64,000 nt of DNA, from the NCBI RefSeq assembly GCF_004010195.1, contig NC_057754.1, positions 11,873,609 through 11,937,608 of the forward strand, in the 5' to 3' direction. Positions within the stretch are counted from its first letter, which is position 1. The number at the start of each line of letters is the position of its first letter. A model generated the notes under the pieces. The model saw only the letters and a program-made list of their open reading frames with translations. It was not told the origin of the DNA and did not search any database. Below, piece after piece: positions 12,996 to 26,000 of this stretch. A program made the translations under genes and the position numbers. This stretch comes from Chiloscyllium plagiosum. Taxonomy: Eukaryota.

Positions 12996-15900
12996 CAGCG
13001 CCAAGTACTCTGAAAAAAAAAGATATAATGTAACATCTGGTCGAAGAACTCGATTAGCTGGTTGCCTGGAGACAAAAACAAATTCAGCCAAAAAGTTTAA
13101 CTTATACCCCAAAATACCCACGTCCACTGAAGTTTGAAGTTTATATATTCACAATCTTAAAAGCTCATGACACAATCCAATGCTTTGAGAGAACAACAAC
13201 CGTGGAAAATTGAGCAGTTGATAGGAGAACTGCCAAGCTATCAGCATGTAAAGATTGCCTGAAAAATAGTTCTCTTGAAGATACCTTTATTGATCAGTAA
13301 CTGGTGAAGCAGAATCTCCAAGAAGAAAATACGACACAAATATAGAGAAAAACCGGAAGCTTCCTGGTCTTAAGATAAGAAGTTATGTTTTGTAAATCTT
13401 AGTTAGGAGTCTAATCCGACTAGTATTGTGGAGGGAGAAGGTTAAAGTTAGGTTAGAGGAAGAAGTTGTAAAAAGTTGTTTGTTAAATATTCTCTGTGTA
13501 ACTTCAAGAAATAAAGTTGTCAATTTTTACTTCAAATAGGTCTTGGACTCCAGAATTTTCACAGATTACTGCGCGGGATCAATATTTTTTCTGTTGCTGT
13601 TTTTAAGTCAAGCAAGATAATTTGTCCCGTGTCATAACATTGCAAACCCACAGCAATGTGTTTGACTCTTTACTGTCCTGAGGAACAGCTGAACCAGCCA
13701 CTCAGTTCAAGATTGGCATAACATGCTGGCCTCACCAGGGCTGCATACATCCAGTGAGGGACGAACACAAGATAAGATAGCTCCCTTCCTCTGCCTATTT
13801 CCCGTATTCGTGCAGCTCATTTCCATTCAGGTCGGTGATCATCCCCTATTTTATGTGTATTCAATTTCATTGAAATTCTCCCCGAGAGTGATACTCATCT
13901 ACATAGGTTTCTCTGGTGCTGGCTTAACTGATGCTGACATACAGATGTAAGAAACATCTAAATTCCACGTCATTTGTCGTGCATAGAGAATGAATGGCTT
14001 TTTAAATCACAGGAAAGAAAGGGAGATTGCTAAGTGAGGGAAAAAATATTGTGATCATTCCTGAGAGTGTTGTTGTGGGGGTATTTGTGGTATTGTGGAC
14101 AGGCTTTCTCACCTTTATAAGGAATAATCACCTTGCCACAGAAAGAGTTCAAAGAAGTTTCAGCAGACGAATCCCTGGGATGAAGGCACCATGACGAATG
14201 AGTAAAGTTTTTATGTGTAGCTCTGTGAGAGAATAAGAGGTGATTGCATTGAATTTTGAGAGGGATGAACAATCACTCATTGTATTCTAAATAGACACTG
14301 ATACGCTGATAAATTCGATGGCTTGTGGTTTACTCGGGTTACATGATTCTCGATAATTGAATTGCCTCTGAGAACGTTCCCCTCATCCACCCTCACTCCC
14401 CATTTCGATTGGGAGTGAGAGCGATTTAACTATTGCCAAAAGCTTGTGCCGTCCACAATGAACATGGGCTTATCTTCTCGGAGATGTAAGATGATTCCTT
14501 CAGACCTGGCACAAAACATCCGGCTTCCCTCCTCACTGCCAGAAAACCATGTCAAAGTCGCAGACGTTCTACAAACAATGGAACCATGATTAACACCACG
14601 GAGCTCTCTATCAGTGCATTCTCTCTTTCATTGGTTTGTCATGTTGGAGCATCAATGACACCCTCTTGTTCCTGTATAAGTGCACTGCGGAGCTGAATGG
14701 CCTCCTCTTGGTCCCATTTAACAGTTTCAAGGACATAATGGGTCTCTGCCTGTTCCTTTTTAACAGCTTGATGTGTTGACCAGACCTCTCCTCTCCTGGT
14801 GAATAGGGAGGAGGATTGAATGAGCTGGCCCTCCTCTTGTTCAGTCGTTTCAACATGCTTCCACATATCCGTGTTCAACAAGCTTTAGATGCTGAATGAG
14901 CTCATCTTTATCTATGGAAATGTGCAGTGTCTGCCAGTGCTGTTACATGAACGTTACCAACACTTAAACAACACAATAGTGACTACTGTCCAGGTCTTGC
15001 TGCACATGGACACAGAGACTGGTTCATGACCTGAAGGGGGACAAAATGTTCTGAACATTGTGTTATCTTCAGTGACCTGCCCCACTTCTGATCTTATGCT
15101 GGTTGGGGCCGCGAGAAAGCAGCTGAAGATATTTGTGCCGAGGTAGCTACTCTGAGGATTTCCTGCAGAGATGTCCCGGGACTGAGAGTATTGTCGGTCA
15201 CCGACCACAAACATCTTCCATTGTGGTCTGAAAGACCACGACCAGTAGGGAGGTTGCACCTGATTCCAATTTAGCTCAAATAAGTATCTGGTGCTGATGC
15301 GATCCTCAGTCAAATACTGCCATGATATCAAGGCCATTCACTCTTTCCTGAGCCCCTGTGTTCACCTCTTAATCATATCATTCGGTGACGGTGTCTGTGT
15401 AGGGAGTGATTTCCTCTCACAGAGGGTAATGAACGTCAGGAATTATCTGGGCTAGAGAATTAGGAGAGCTACATCATTGAAAATAATTAAAGAGGAGGTA
15501 GAATTTTTTTTTTTGACCTGTCAGTGAGTTGAGTGGTGAGATTAATAGGACATTAAAGAGAAATTAATGCCAACAGTTGATCAGCATGATCGCATACAAT
15601 GGCTGGATTGTCCGAATTACCTAGTCCTATTTCTTATGTTCTCATATTCTGTAATTGCAAAGTCAGTGGTTTATGCATCATCTCTAGGTGAGTATGGGGG
15701 ATGTATTCATAATGAATCTTTGTCTACAACATGGCCAATAAATGAAGCATACGTTGTAGAGAGGAGACACTCAGTAAAGAGATCAGAGGTGTCTTTCGAA
15801 CCCAGCCTGGATTTCCAAATAACATTTTCCAACCCACACCAAACCACGTGTGACAATCTTGAGGGGCTGAATGAGATCATGCGTTACTCTGGAACAGGAA

Positions 15901-17825
15901 CTTCGAGCAAGCGGCCTCCATCTGCTCCTTGCAGTATGTTTGGCAAGCCGAATTTAACGTAGCAACATAGGAATGAGGAGCAGGCGTTTGTCATTAGACA
16001 CTTTGTCTCTGCTCCAACACACTAAGATCATTGCTGGTCTGATTGTGGTGTCAGAAGCACTTTTCTGTCTGTATACCATTTTCCTGTATTCACTTCTCTG
16101 TCAAATATTGAACAAACGCAACTCTGAATAAATGCAAACACCCAGGCACCACAAACTTCAGGGGAAGGGAATTCCCACTTGAACAGCCCTTTGAGAATCT
16201 CTTATTCATGTTCTGACCAATGTTGGAGGATCATTGATGCCTTTTCAAGACCTACTCGTCCACTGGTTAAAACAAATTTTAAATGTAACCAGTGTTGTGA
16301 TATAGCCAATAACATACGTCTCAGACTGAGCAATTTACCAGAAAAACGTGAAACACAGAAGTTTGAATTCTACCACATAGTAAAATGAAAGAGCATCCCA
16401 AATGTTTATTCTGCCTTTGAAACCATTCTACTTACACAAGTAATGGGGAATAATTCCTTGAGCAGTTCAGTTCGACTGAATTCCCTTTGCCTCAGGCAAC
16501 GTAGAGATTCCAATAAAACCTCATAATGAATAATTCCTGAGTGGTAAAGATGACTCAGGGATTTTATGGTCTCACATTTTGTCGTCTGGAGAAACAAAGT
16601 AAGAAAATGGGATCAATCGGCTGCTGCTTCTCAGGCAGTGATTATTTTCTGCCTCTCTGTGTTGAACCATTCAATAATGTCAACTGAACACCAAACTGGA
16701 CGATGTGCACGCACCTTAACCACTCTCAGGAATGTCTGATAATGCTGGTGCATCGTTGCTTTTGTTGTACACAGTTCCTTTCATTAGCAAAAAAGTCCCC
16801 GCTTTGTAATTTCTCATGTTTATATGCATTTGTGTAATTTTTAAAAAAAACATTGATTGATGTTTTCATAATACGTGTGTTAATATCAATACATCTTGTC
16901 CTCAAAATTTGTTCTTTACATTTTGTCTCCCCGACAAGAGAAAACATGTATCCAGCTAATTAACTTTTCTGAAAATCATGTACGATTTAATAAGATTTCT
17001 CACTTAATGTCAAGAGTGATAATAATCCAGAACAAAAGGCCTTCATTCCAGCAATGAATAAAGGAAAACATCTTTGAAAATGGTCTAAAGGAATTGTACC
17101 TTTTTAATTGTGTTAATGGGATCAAGACTGCACGCAGTCTATCAGACGTGATCTCATCAATGCCCCGTACTGATGCAGTAAAACATTCCTGATTAAACCC
17201 GATACCCTTTGACGGAAACAGCATCATTCCGTTTACATTCCAAATCACTTGCTGTATCTGCTGACTAACTTCACATATACCAGGCCTACAAAAACCATCT
17301 GTACCACAGAATTCTGCAATCTCCGTTCAATCAAGTTGTTTCCTGCTGTTTTATCCTTCCTGCCAAAGTAGCCAACCCACGTTATGCTGAAGGCTTGCTC
17401 ACTGACCTTCACTGTCCATATCGCATTGCGCACTTACCATTCCATTTGACGATATATTGAAGACTATCTTGGTTTACGAGCTAATTGAGTTTCAATCCAT
17501 TCAGTCCCCTTCCGACATGTCTTTGATACAGATTATTGATCATTGTTGGCCCCACAGTGATCTCTGAGGCACTAAACTACTTACAGCTTTGCAACCTGAA
17601 TATAAACATTTATTTCTATACTCTTTTTATTACGGACAGCTTCCCTGTCCCTGTGTAACAGCTCAGGCGGGTTGAATGGTCTCCTGCTGGTCTCTGTAAC
17701 GTACTCAACGAGCTGAATTACTTCATTCTATATTCTCTATAACTCTTTAGAGTTGTGGAATGGTCTTCCCTCGTCTCATTGTAATGATTCTGTGTGGCTG
17801 GATGGGGTGGTCCTTTACTTTTCAA

Positions 17826-18126
17826 AAGCCTTGAGGGGTGGATTGAGGGAACAACACATGGGGTAGGGGCCGCAGTACATCTCTACCCCTGCCACGAGAG
17901 GTGGATTGAGGGAACAACACATGGGGTAGGGACAGCAGTATATCGCTGTAACAGCCTCGAGGGTTGATTGGGAGAACAACTCATGGGGTAGGGGCCGCAG
18001 TATATCTCTGCAACAGTCCCGGGGGTGGATTGAGGGAACAACTCATGGGGTAGGGAAAGCAGTACATCTCTGCAACAGTCTCGAGTGGTGGATTGAGGGA
18101 ACACCACATGGCGTAGGGGCAGCAGT
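17826..18126. repeat. ~59-bp minisatellite, about 5 units
   Basis: Unit approximately gcagtatatctctgtaacagcctcgaggggtggattgagggaacaacacatggggtagggg. Confidence 0.9.
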
Positions 18127-19510
18127 TGGCCAATCAGCTGCACCATTCAGAATGCTCATGGCTGATCCAAGTGTGTCCGACCATCAGTCTCCTGTTTGTT
18201 CCCAATAAAAAATGACTCTCCTGCCCAGCACAGATTAGTCGAGCTCAGCCTTGAATATTTTCAATAACCGATTCTTTACTGCTCCCTGAGGATGAGGACA
18301 CCACAGATAACACAACACAAAAGTGCAAACTACATCCTTATTTCATTGCTGAACCAGTCATTTTAAAACTGTGTTAAACTCACATCAAATCGCCACCTCG
18401 TTTGAGACACACAATAATTAGGATTAAACGTAAGCCATTCTGCCATCCAACAGGTCCCACATTCCCGCTGATGCTTTCTAATCAAATATATATCAAACCC
18501 AATCTCTGTTAGTGTTCCAGGAATGGAATATCTGATAACATAACACCACACGTGCATCAAAAAAGGAGCGGAATTAGGCCATTAGGCCCATCAAGTCTGA
18601 TATCTCGTTAACAATTTCCTATATGTTCCTCAATCTCATTCTCTTGCCTTCTCCCGAGCATCCTTGATCCCCTTATAAATCAAAAACTTACCTAATTGTG
18701 TCTTACTGTCACGAGTGTCTGTGTCCCTGTGTGTTTGTGTCTGTCTGTGTAGAAGCATGTGTGTTTCTGTCTGTGTTTGTTTCTATTTGCGCATATGTCA
18801 CTGTGTGCTTCTATGTGTGCGTTTGCTTATTTCCTTGTATGCATTGTTCATGTTAGTGCATTTGGGTATTTTCTAATATTTCTGTGTATTTCTGTGCCTG
18901 CAACTCTGTGCAATGTTTTATGTTTTTTTTGGAGGGGGAAGTGAGGGAGCTGACGTTGCAACTGACAGTGGGTTTAACATGAGAATTGCCCTTCACTGAA
19001 CATTGCTCCTCAGTAGGTCTGTAGAACGTGGAAGGGTCAGAATCTCCACTCGAGGCATACCAGCCCTGTCAGGCTCGCACCAGTGTCCTCCCCACATGGT
19101 GGGGCAGGGGGTGAGATAATGGATATCGGGCACTTCACCACCCGGCTTGGCCCTTTCTGTCCTATTCCAAGCTGTTTCTCCTGGAATGGGAGAAAAGGAG
19201 GGTGGGAGTGAGGTTGGGAGCGGGTGGGCCTGCTGTTTGTGCTGGTGTAGGTGGCGGGGGAGGCGGGGTGGGAGGCGAAATGGTGATGTAGCCAGATGGA
19301 GTCTGTCCATATTGTTGTTCGTGTGGGGGGGTATTGCGTCAGCGACAGAAAAAGTGGAGGAAGGAAAGTGCTGAATTCATTAGTGAGGTTGGTAGTGCGT
19401 GAGCCTTATTTGGAGACAGAGCATGAACCTCGTTGGGGTGTAATTGTTATAACATATATACAGTGAGTGTGCGGGAGCAGAGAGAATATGGTGGCACTTA
19501 TCCTGGCAAA

Positions 19511-19575
19511 ATGGGGAGGGCATTGATGCTTGTCCTGTACTGCTGGACATTTCTACAGATAATCTCAGCGCCGAG
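19511..19575 (+). CDS. Putative signal-peptide (leader) exon MGRALMLVLYCWTFLQIISAP, unknown gene
   Basis: Strong Kozak context aaaATGG, basic/hydrophobic/small-residue pattern, and donor AG|gtgagc. Paralogs at 29165, 42250 and 60351. Confidence 0.35.
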
Positions 19576-19898
19576 GTGAGCCTCCACGAACGTCTTGTCC
19601 AAGTCTATCATGAATAATGCCGCAATCCATGTACCTCAGATTCCACAGAATCAGTTTGGGTGGATCTAAAAAAAAATGAGAAGCAAATGTTGGTGTGTTA
19701 TATATCTAAACCAAAACTGTCGTGCAAATATTTTGCACCATATGCTCTGGAAATTAGCTATGCAAGCCAATGTACCCCCCTTTATGCCTGAAATGTGTAA
19801 TCTCCTGCTCCTCAGATGCAGCCTGATTAGCTGTGCTTTTCTCGCACCACAGTTTTTGACTCTGATCTCCAGCATCTGCGGTCCTTACTTTCACATGA

Positions 19899-20560
19899 TG
19901 AAGGATTTGCACAGGTTAGGGGAGTGAGCAAAGAAGTGGCAGATGGAGTATAAACGTGGGGAAGGGTAAACGCATGCACCTTGCCAGAAAGAAAAGAGGC
20001 ATGGACTATTTTCTAAATAACGAGCAAATTCAGAAGCCTGAAGTGAAAAACGTCTAGGGACTTCTCGACCAGGAGCCTTGAAAGGTAAACTTGCAGGTTG
20101 TCAGTAGTTAGGAAGGCAAATATAACTATGGCATTCATTTCAAGAGGGCTCTATAAAGCTTTTGGTCAGGCTACACTTGGATTATTGTGCGCAGTTTTGG
20201 ATCCCATATCTCAGGAAGGATGTACTGGCCCTGAAGGGTTTTCAGAGGAGATTGACGTGAATGGTACTAGGAATGAGAAGCATAACATATGAAGTACATC
20301 TGAGAGCTCTGGGTCTATATTTGATAGAGTTCAGGAGGACGTTAGGAGGTCTAATTGAAACTTACAGAGTGCTCAATGACCTGGACAGAGTGGATTTTGG
20401 GAAGATATTTCCAATGGCATGAGAGACAAGGACCCGAGGGGATAGAGAAAAGACAAGATATTTTAGAATGGGATTGAGAAGCTTAACAACCATCAATGAA
20501 TGGCAGAGCAGGCTCAATGGGCTGAATGGCCAAAATCTGCTCCAATATCTTCTGGTTGTA
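19899..20560 (+). mobile_element. CR1 LINE 3' fragment (paralog of 11284-12140)
   Basis: Colinear similarity to 11284-12140 with internal deletions. Confidence 0.85.
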
Positions 20561-21404
20561 TAGTTAATATTGGCCCTCCTCATTCCTCATTGAAGATGTA
20601 TCCTAGAATTTGATCTTCATACAATTTATAAAGAGTTACATTCCAATACTGATGACTGGGAAATATCATGTTCCCTCCCTCCAGTCTCAGCAGCCATGCA
20701 CCAATTTTCTGTGTTTTCTGTCTTCTCCCCAATATCATAATCACACTGCAATCGAAGTCCTGTGAATGATAGTTAATCACTATTGATTGACATCGATATC
20801 ATTAACAGCACGACCCTCAACTACCCTCTTTGATAATCGAATAACCATTTGAATTGTGTGTCACACCATTTTGCCTGTTAAAATATCCATGCCATTTTTC
20901 TGCCATAACTCATGTTGTCTTAGGCACATTTTCCTGTCAGATTATGGACTGCAAAAGTTCTCTCCTTGCTTTACCGACATTATAATCACTGATCAGTAAT
21001 TATAGGCTCCATGTTTCAATTTATAAAAGGAGAAACTTGTTTATGTTCTGACAATCCTTTGACATATCCAAGGCAGAGTGAATGATTACATGCAATCAAT
21101 CTACCATCTCCAATACTCCGTCCCTCAGTCACCCCCACATATCCCAAACCAAATGTTTAAAGTGTAAGCGTTCTCTTGGATTCTAATAAAATCAGTATTG
21201 AATTCAAAGTGGTTAACTGGAGCTATTTGTTAAGTGACTGTAATTAATAGCAATCTACGTGCGTTCTAATTAACCCAGTTGAGAGTTTCCATCGTTTAAT
21301 GACAAATGGGTTCTGTTCAATGTGTTATCGCATAGCATGACTGGCAGCATCACTGACAGCACTAACAGGGATCAGCAACTGCAGAGAGAGAGGGGAAGGA
21401 GAGA

Positions 21405-21614
21405 TCAGAATCTGCGAACACTAGACTGGAACATTACAATAATGATTCCGAATCGGAGGACCTTGGATTGGAATGATCCAACAATGGATTAGAATCTGAG
21501 AACACTAGAAGGGAATGTTCTACTAGTGGATCAGAATCTGAGAACATTAGACTGGAATGGTACAACAATGTATCAGAATCTGAGAACAACATACTTGAAT
21601 GTTCCAACAATGGA
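21405..21614 (+). repeat. 42-bp coding minisatellite, 5 units
   Basis: Exactly 5 x 42 bp, consensus tcagaatctgagaacactagactggaatgttccaacaatgga, encoding approximately MDQNLRTLDWNVPT. Confidence 0.9.
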
Positions 21615-21742
21615 CAGGAGTTTATCCTCGGGTCTTTACTATATTTCTCGGTCTTGGATATCATTGACAAAGCTGATCAAGTATATCCTTTGGATTATTC
21701 AAGGTGGTTACTATCCCATCCTCGTGATAGTTGGTGTTCCAT
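21568..21742 (+). CDS. GPR139-like: GPR139/GPR142-like class A GPCR exon 1 (orphan, possibly pseudogene)
   Basis: MYQNLRTTYLNVPTMDRSLSSGLYYISRSWISLTKLIKYILWIIQGGYYPILVIVGVP followed by a phase-1 donor gtaagt at 21743. YYPIL..VGVP is the TM1 start of this family. Upstream repeat units contain an in-frame TAG (21490-21492). Confidence 0.65.
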
Positions 21743-22329
21743 GTAAGTCATTCCCTTTGTCTACTAAACCGGATTGAACTGAATTTCTGCTCATGATATG
21801 TAAGTTTTGGAAAAATGCAAGTCATTGTCTTCAGTTCCAAACAAAAAATGCTTTCTTTATAAATTATAGCTATCAAACTACCATTTATAAACTACTCACT
21901 GCGATGCGAGAAGGAATCAGACTGATCTCAAACTCTATAATCCTTTCTGTCCTTCACAGATTTACATCTCCACTCAACAATGCTGTTCAATACAACCATC
22001 ATGATATCCCAGTCTCGTTCTCAGTCTCAGTGCAACTTCTGAATAAACCATAATTTGTGCCTTCGTTCAATCCGGATGCGACAGTTTCACGTTCCTTCTA
22101 ACCACATGTTCATTACAAAATAATTGCTCTTGAGAATGTTTTACTTATGCTCTGCACAGACGGAAAGATGGTTTATGGTGGTCAAGCCATTGACTCATAA
22201 TCTAGAGCCACAGATTAATAGTCTGTTGATATCTCTTGAAGGAAATTGGTGATACTTAAAAGTGACCGTTATGATTTATTATTTTAAAAAGCCCAGCTGC
22301 TTGCCTCAAGTACTTTTCGGAAGTCAATG

Positions 22330-23053
22330 TGTTATCCTTCCCTCATCAGGTTTCCGTGTAACTTCTGTCATGGACATGTGAGTGTACTGTACTTTTAAGA
22401 GAAGTAAAAACCAGAAATTACTACCTGACAGCACCAAGTATTCTGAAGCATTTGTTCGAAGAACTCGATTAGCTGGTAGCCTGGAGACAAAAACAAATTC
22501 AGCCAAACAGTTTAAATTATACCCCAAAACACCCACCTCCACTCAAGTTTGAATTTTATATAATCACAATCGTAAAAGCTAATGACACAATCCAATGCTG
22601 TGAAAGTACAAGATCTTGGAAAATTGAGCAGTTGATAGGAGAACTGCCAAGCTATCAGCATGTAAAGATTGCCTGAAAAATAGTTCTCTTGAAGATACCT
22701 TTATTGATCAGTAACTGGTGAAGCAGAATCTCCAAGAAGAAAATAAGACTGGAATATAGAGAAAAACCGGAAGCTTCCTGGTCTTAAGATAAGAAGTTAT
22801 GTTTTGTAAATCTTAGTTAGGAGTCTAATCCGACTAGTATTGTGGAGGGAGAAGGTTAAAGTTAGGTTAGAGGAAGAAGTTGTAAAAAGTTGTTTGTTAA
22901 ATATTCTCTGTGTAACTTCAAGAAATAAAGTTGTCAATTTTTACTTCAAATAGGTCTTGGACTCCAGAATTTTCACAGATTACTGCGCGGGATCAATATT
23001 TTTTCTGTTGCTGTTTTTAAGTCAAGCAAGATAATTTGTCCCGTGTCATAACA
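22330..23053 (+). mobile_element. Putative solo LTR
   Basis: TGTTAT...ATAACA termini and an internal AATAAA (~22925). Absent from copy 3, with a 5'-truncated paralog at 12992-13639. No TSD recognised. Confidence 0.4.
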
Positions 23054-26000
23054 TTGCAAACCCACAGCAATGTGTTTGACTCTTTACTGTCCTGAGGAAC
23101 AGCTGAACCAGCCACTCAGTTCAAGATTGGCATAACATGCTGGCCTCACCAGGGCTGCATACATCCAGTGAGGGACGAACACAAGATAAGATAGCTCCCT
23201 TCCTCTGCCTATTTCCCGTATTCGTGCAGCTCATTTCCATTCAGGTCGGTGATCATCCCCTATTTTATGTGTATTCAATTTCATTGAAATTCTCCCCGAG
23301 AGTGATACTCATCTACATAGGTTTCTCTGGTGCTGGCTTAACTGATGCTGACATACAGATGTAAGAAACATCTAAATTCCACGTCATTCGTAGTGCATAG
23401 AGAAGGAATGGTTTTTTCCGTCGCAGGAAAGAAAGGGAGACGGTGAAGTGGGGGAAAAAGTTATTGTGATCATTCCTGAGAGTGTTGTTGTGGAGGTATT
23501 TGGGTTATTGTAGTCAGACTTAGTCTCCTTTGTAAGGAATAATCACATTGCCACATAAAGAGTGAAAGGAGGTTCGGCAGACGGATCCCTGAGATGAAGG
23601 CACCATGACGAGTGAGTGAAGTTTAATCTGTAGCTCTGTGAGAGAATAAGAGGTGATTTCATTGAACGTTGAGGGGGATGAACAATCACTCATTACATTC
23701 TATACAGACACGGATACGCTGATAAATTCCACAACTTGTTCTTTTACTCGGGTTACATGATTGTCGACATTTTAAGTGCCTCTGAGAACGTTCCCTTCAC
23801 CCACATTTACTCCTCATTTCTATTGACAGAGAGGTTCAGGCTTTTGAATAAACTCTCCCCACATTGATACAGTTCATTTAGAGTGTGATCCAGCTCTGAA
23901 CGCCATGTTCTCCACAATCCCGACAACAGCCACCATACCTTCATTCTAAAAGTGTTAACTATTGCCACCAGATTCTGACGCCCTCAGTAAATATGGCTCT
24001 GTCTTCTCGGAGATGGAAGATGACTCCTTCAGACCTGGCACCATATAACTGGCTTCCCTTCTCACTGTCAGAAAACCACGTTAAAATCGCACACATTCCA
24101 CAAACAATAAAGCCACGATTAACGTCATGGAGCCCTCTATTAGTGCATCAATGACACCCTGTTGTTCCTGTATACGTGTCTTGAGGAGCTTAATGGCCTC
24201 CGCCTGGTTGCATGCAGCAAGTTTAAGGGTCTGATTTGGCTCAAACTGTTCCTTTTTAACAGCTCGATGTGTTGACTAGTCTGCTTTCCTTCCAGTGTAA
24301 CAGGCAGGAGGATTGAATGGAGTGTACCTCTTCTTGATCAGTCATTTCAATGGACTGAGTAGCTTCCACATATCCGTGTGAAAATACCTTTAAATGCTGA
24401 ATGAGCTCATCTATTAACTGCTGAATTGTGCAGTGTCTGGCAGTACTGCTACATGAATCTTACCGACACTTTAACAGCACAAGCCTGAATGCTGTCTGGG
24501 TCTTGCTGCACATGGACGCAGAGATTGGTTCGGGAGCTGAGGGGGGACCTTCAGTGATCTTCAGTGACTAGCCCCACTACTGATCTTATGGTGGGTGAGG
24601 CTCCGGGGAAGCGTTGACATTGATGAAGAGCTGAAGATTTTTGTGCTGAGGTAGTTACTCTGAGGATCTCCGGCAGAGATGTCCCAGGACTGAGAGGATT
24701 GTCGGCCACCGACCACTAACATAATTTGTGCTATGAAAGACCCTGACCAGAGCGGAGGGCACACCTGATTCCCATTAAGCTCAAATTAGTAGGGGGTCCC
24801 GATGATATCCACAGTCAAATACAGCTTTGATATCTAGTCCATTCACTCTTTCCTGAGCACCGTTTTCACCTCTTGTTCATATCAAAAGGTGACGGTGTCT
24901 GTGTAGGGAGTGATTTCCTCTCAGAGGGTAATGTACACAAGGAATTATCTGGGCTAGAGAGTTAGGTGAGCTACATCACTGAAAGTATGTAAACAGGAGG
25001 TAGATGGATTTTGGGCGTGTCAGTGAGTTGAGAGGTTTGATTACTAGGGCATTAAAGAAAAGATAATACCAACAGTAGATCAGCCATGATCACATATAAT
25101 GGCTGGATTGTCCGAATTACCTAGTCCTATTTGTTATGTTCTCATATTCTGTAATTGCAAAGTTAGTGTTTATAATTTTCCTGGACATTCTGTTATTGAA
25201 TGTTGCAGTCAGAGAGAGAAAAGTATTTTATGCGTCATCTCTGGATGAGTTATGTGGGCTGTATTCACAATGAATCTTGGTCTACAACATGACCAACAAA
25301 TGAAGCACAATTTGCAGAGAGGAGACACTCTGTAAAGAGATCAGAGGTGTCTTACAAACCCAGCCTGGATTTCCAAATAGCATTTTCCAAACCACACCAA
25401 ACCATGTGTGACAATCTTGAAGATCTGAATGAGATCCTGCATTACTGTGGACCAGGAACTTGGAGCAAGTGGCATTCACCTGCTCCTTGCAGTAGGTTTG
25501 AGAAGCTGAATTGAATGGTGGACCATAGGACTGAGGAGCAGGCATTGGTCATTTGACACTTTGTCACTGCTGCAACACACTTAGATCGCAGCTGGTCTGA
25601 TTGTGTTCTCAGCAGCACGTTTCTGTATGTATACCATTTTAGTACATTCATTTCTCGGTCAAATGTTGAACAAACGCAACTTTGAACAACTGCAAACACC
25701 CAGGCACAGCAAACTTCAGGGAAAGGGAATTCCCACTTAAATAGCCCTTTGAGAATCTTTTGTTTGTGTTCCGACGAATGTTGGAGGATCATCGGTTCCT
25801 TTTCCAGCCCTAGTCGCCCACTGGTTAAAATAAATTTTACATGTAACCAGTCTTGTGATGTGGCCAATATATGTCTCAAACTGAGTCATTTTCCAGAAAA
25901 ATATGAGACACAAAAAGTTGAACTCATAACTAATGATAGAGCATCCCAAATGATTTTTCCGCCTTTGAAATGATTCTAATTACACAAGCTGCTTGTGATG

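Larger units (their letters stand above)
11166..19766 (+). repeat. Segmental duplication, copy 1
   Basis: Colinear with 19781-29406 and largely with 54153-60610 throughout, including shared old repeats, the minisatellite and the leader-like exon. Confidence 0.9.

Noticed and set aside
12820..13137. 105-aa Ser/Glu-rich ORF (NGSESE repeats)
   Set aside because: An alternative frame of the 42-bp repeat fused to LTR-like DNA by the deletion. The TM1-linked frame is the supported one.
13723..13950. Identical 75-aa ORF also at 23137-23364
   Set aside because: The identity comes from the homogenised DNA tract. It starts in a SINE-like tail and has no recognisable domain.
21355..21385. Splicing of the 19511 leader exon onto the GPCR exon
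   Set aside because: The candidate AGs lack a polypyrimidine tract and copy 2 has an in-frame stop in the repeats. Not supportable without transcripts.
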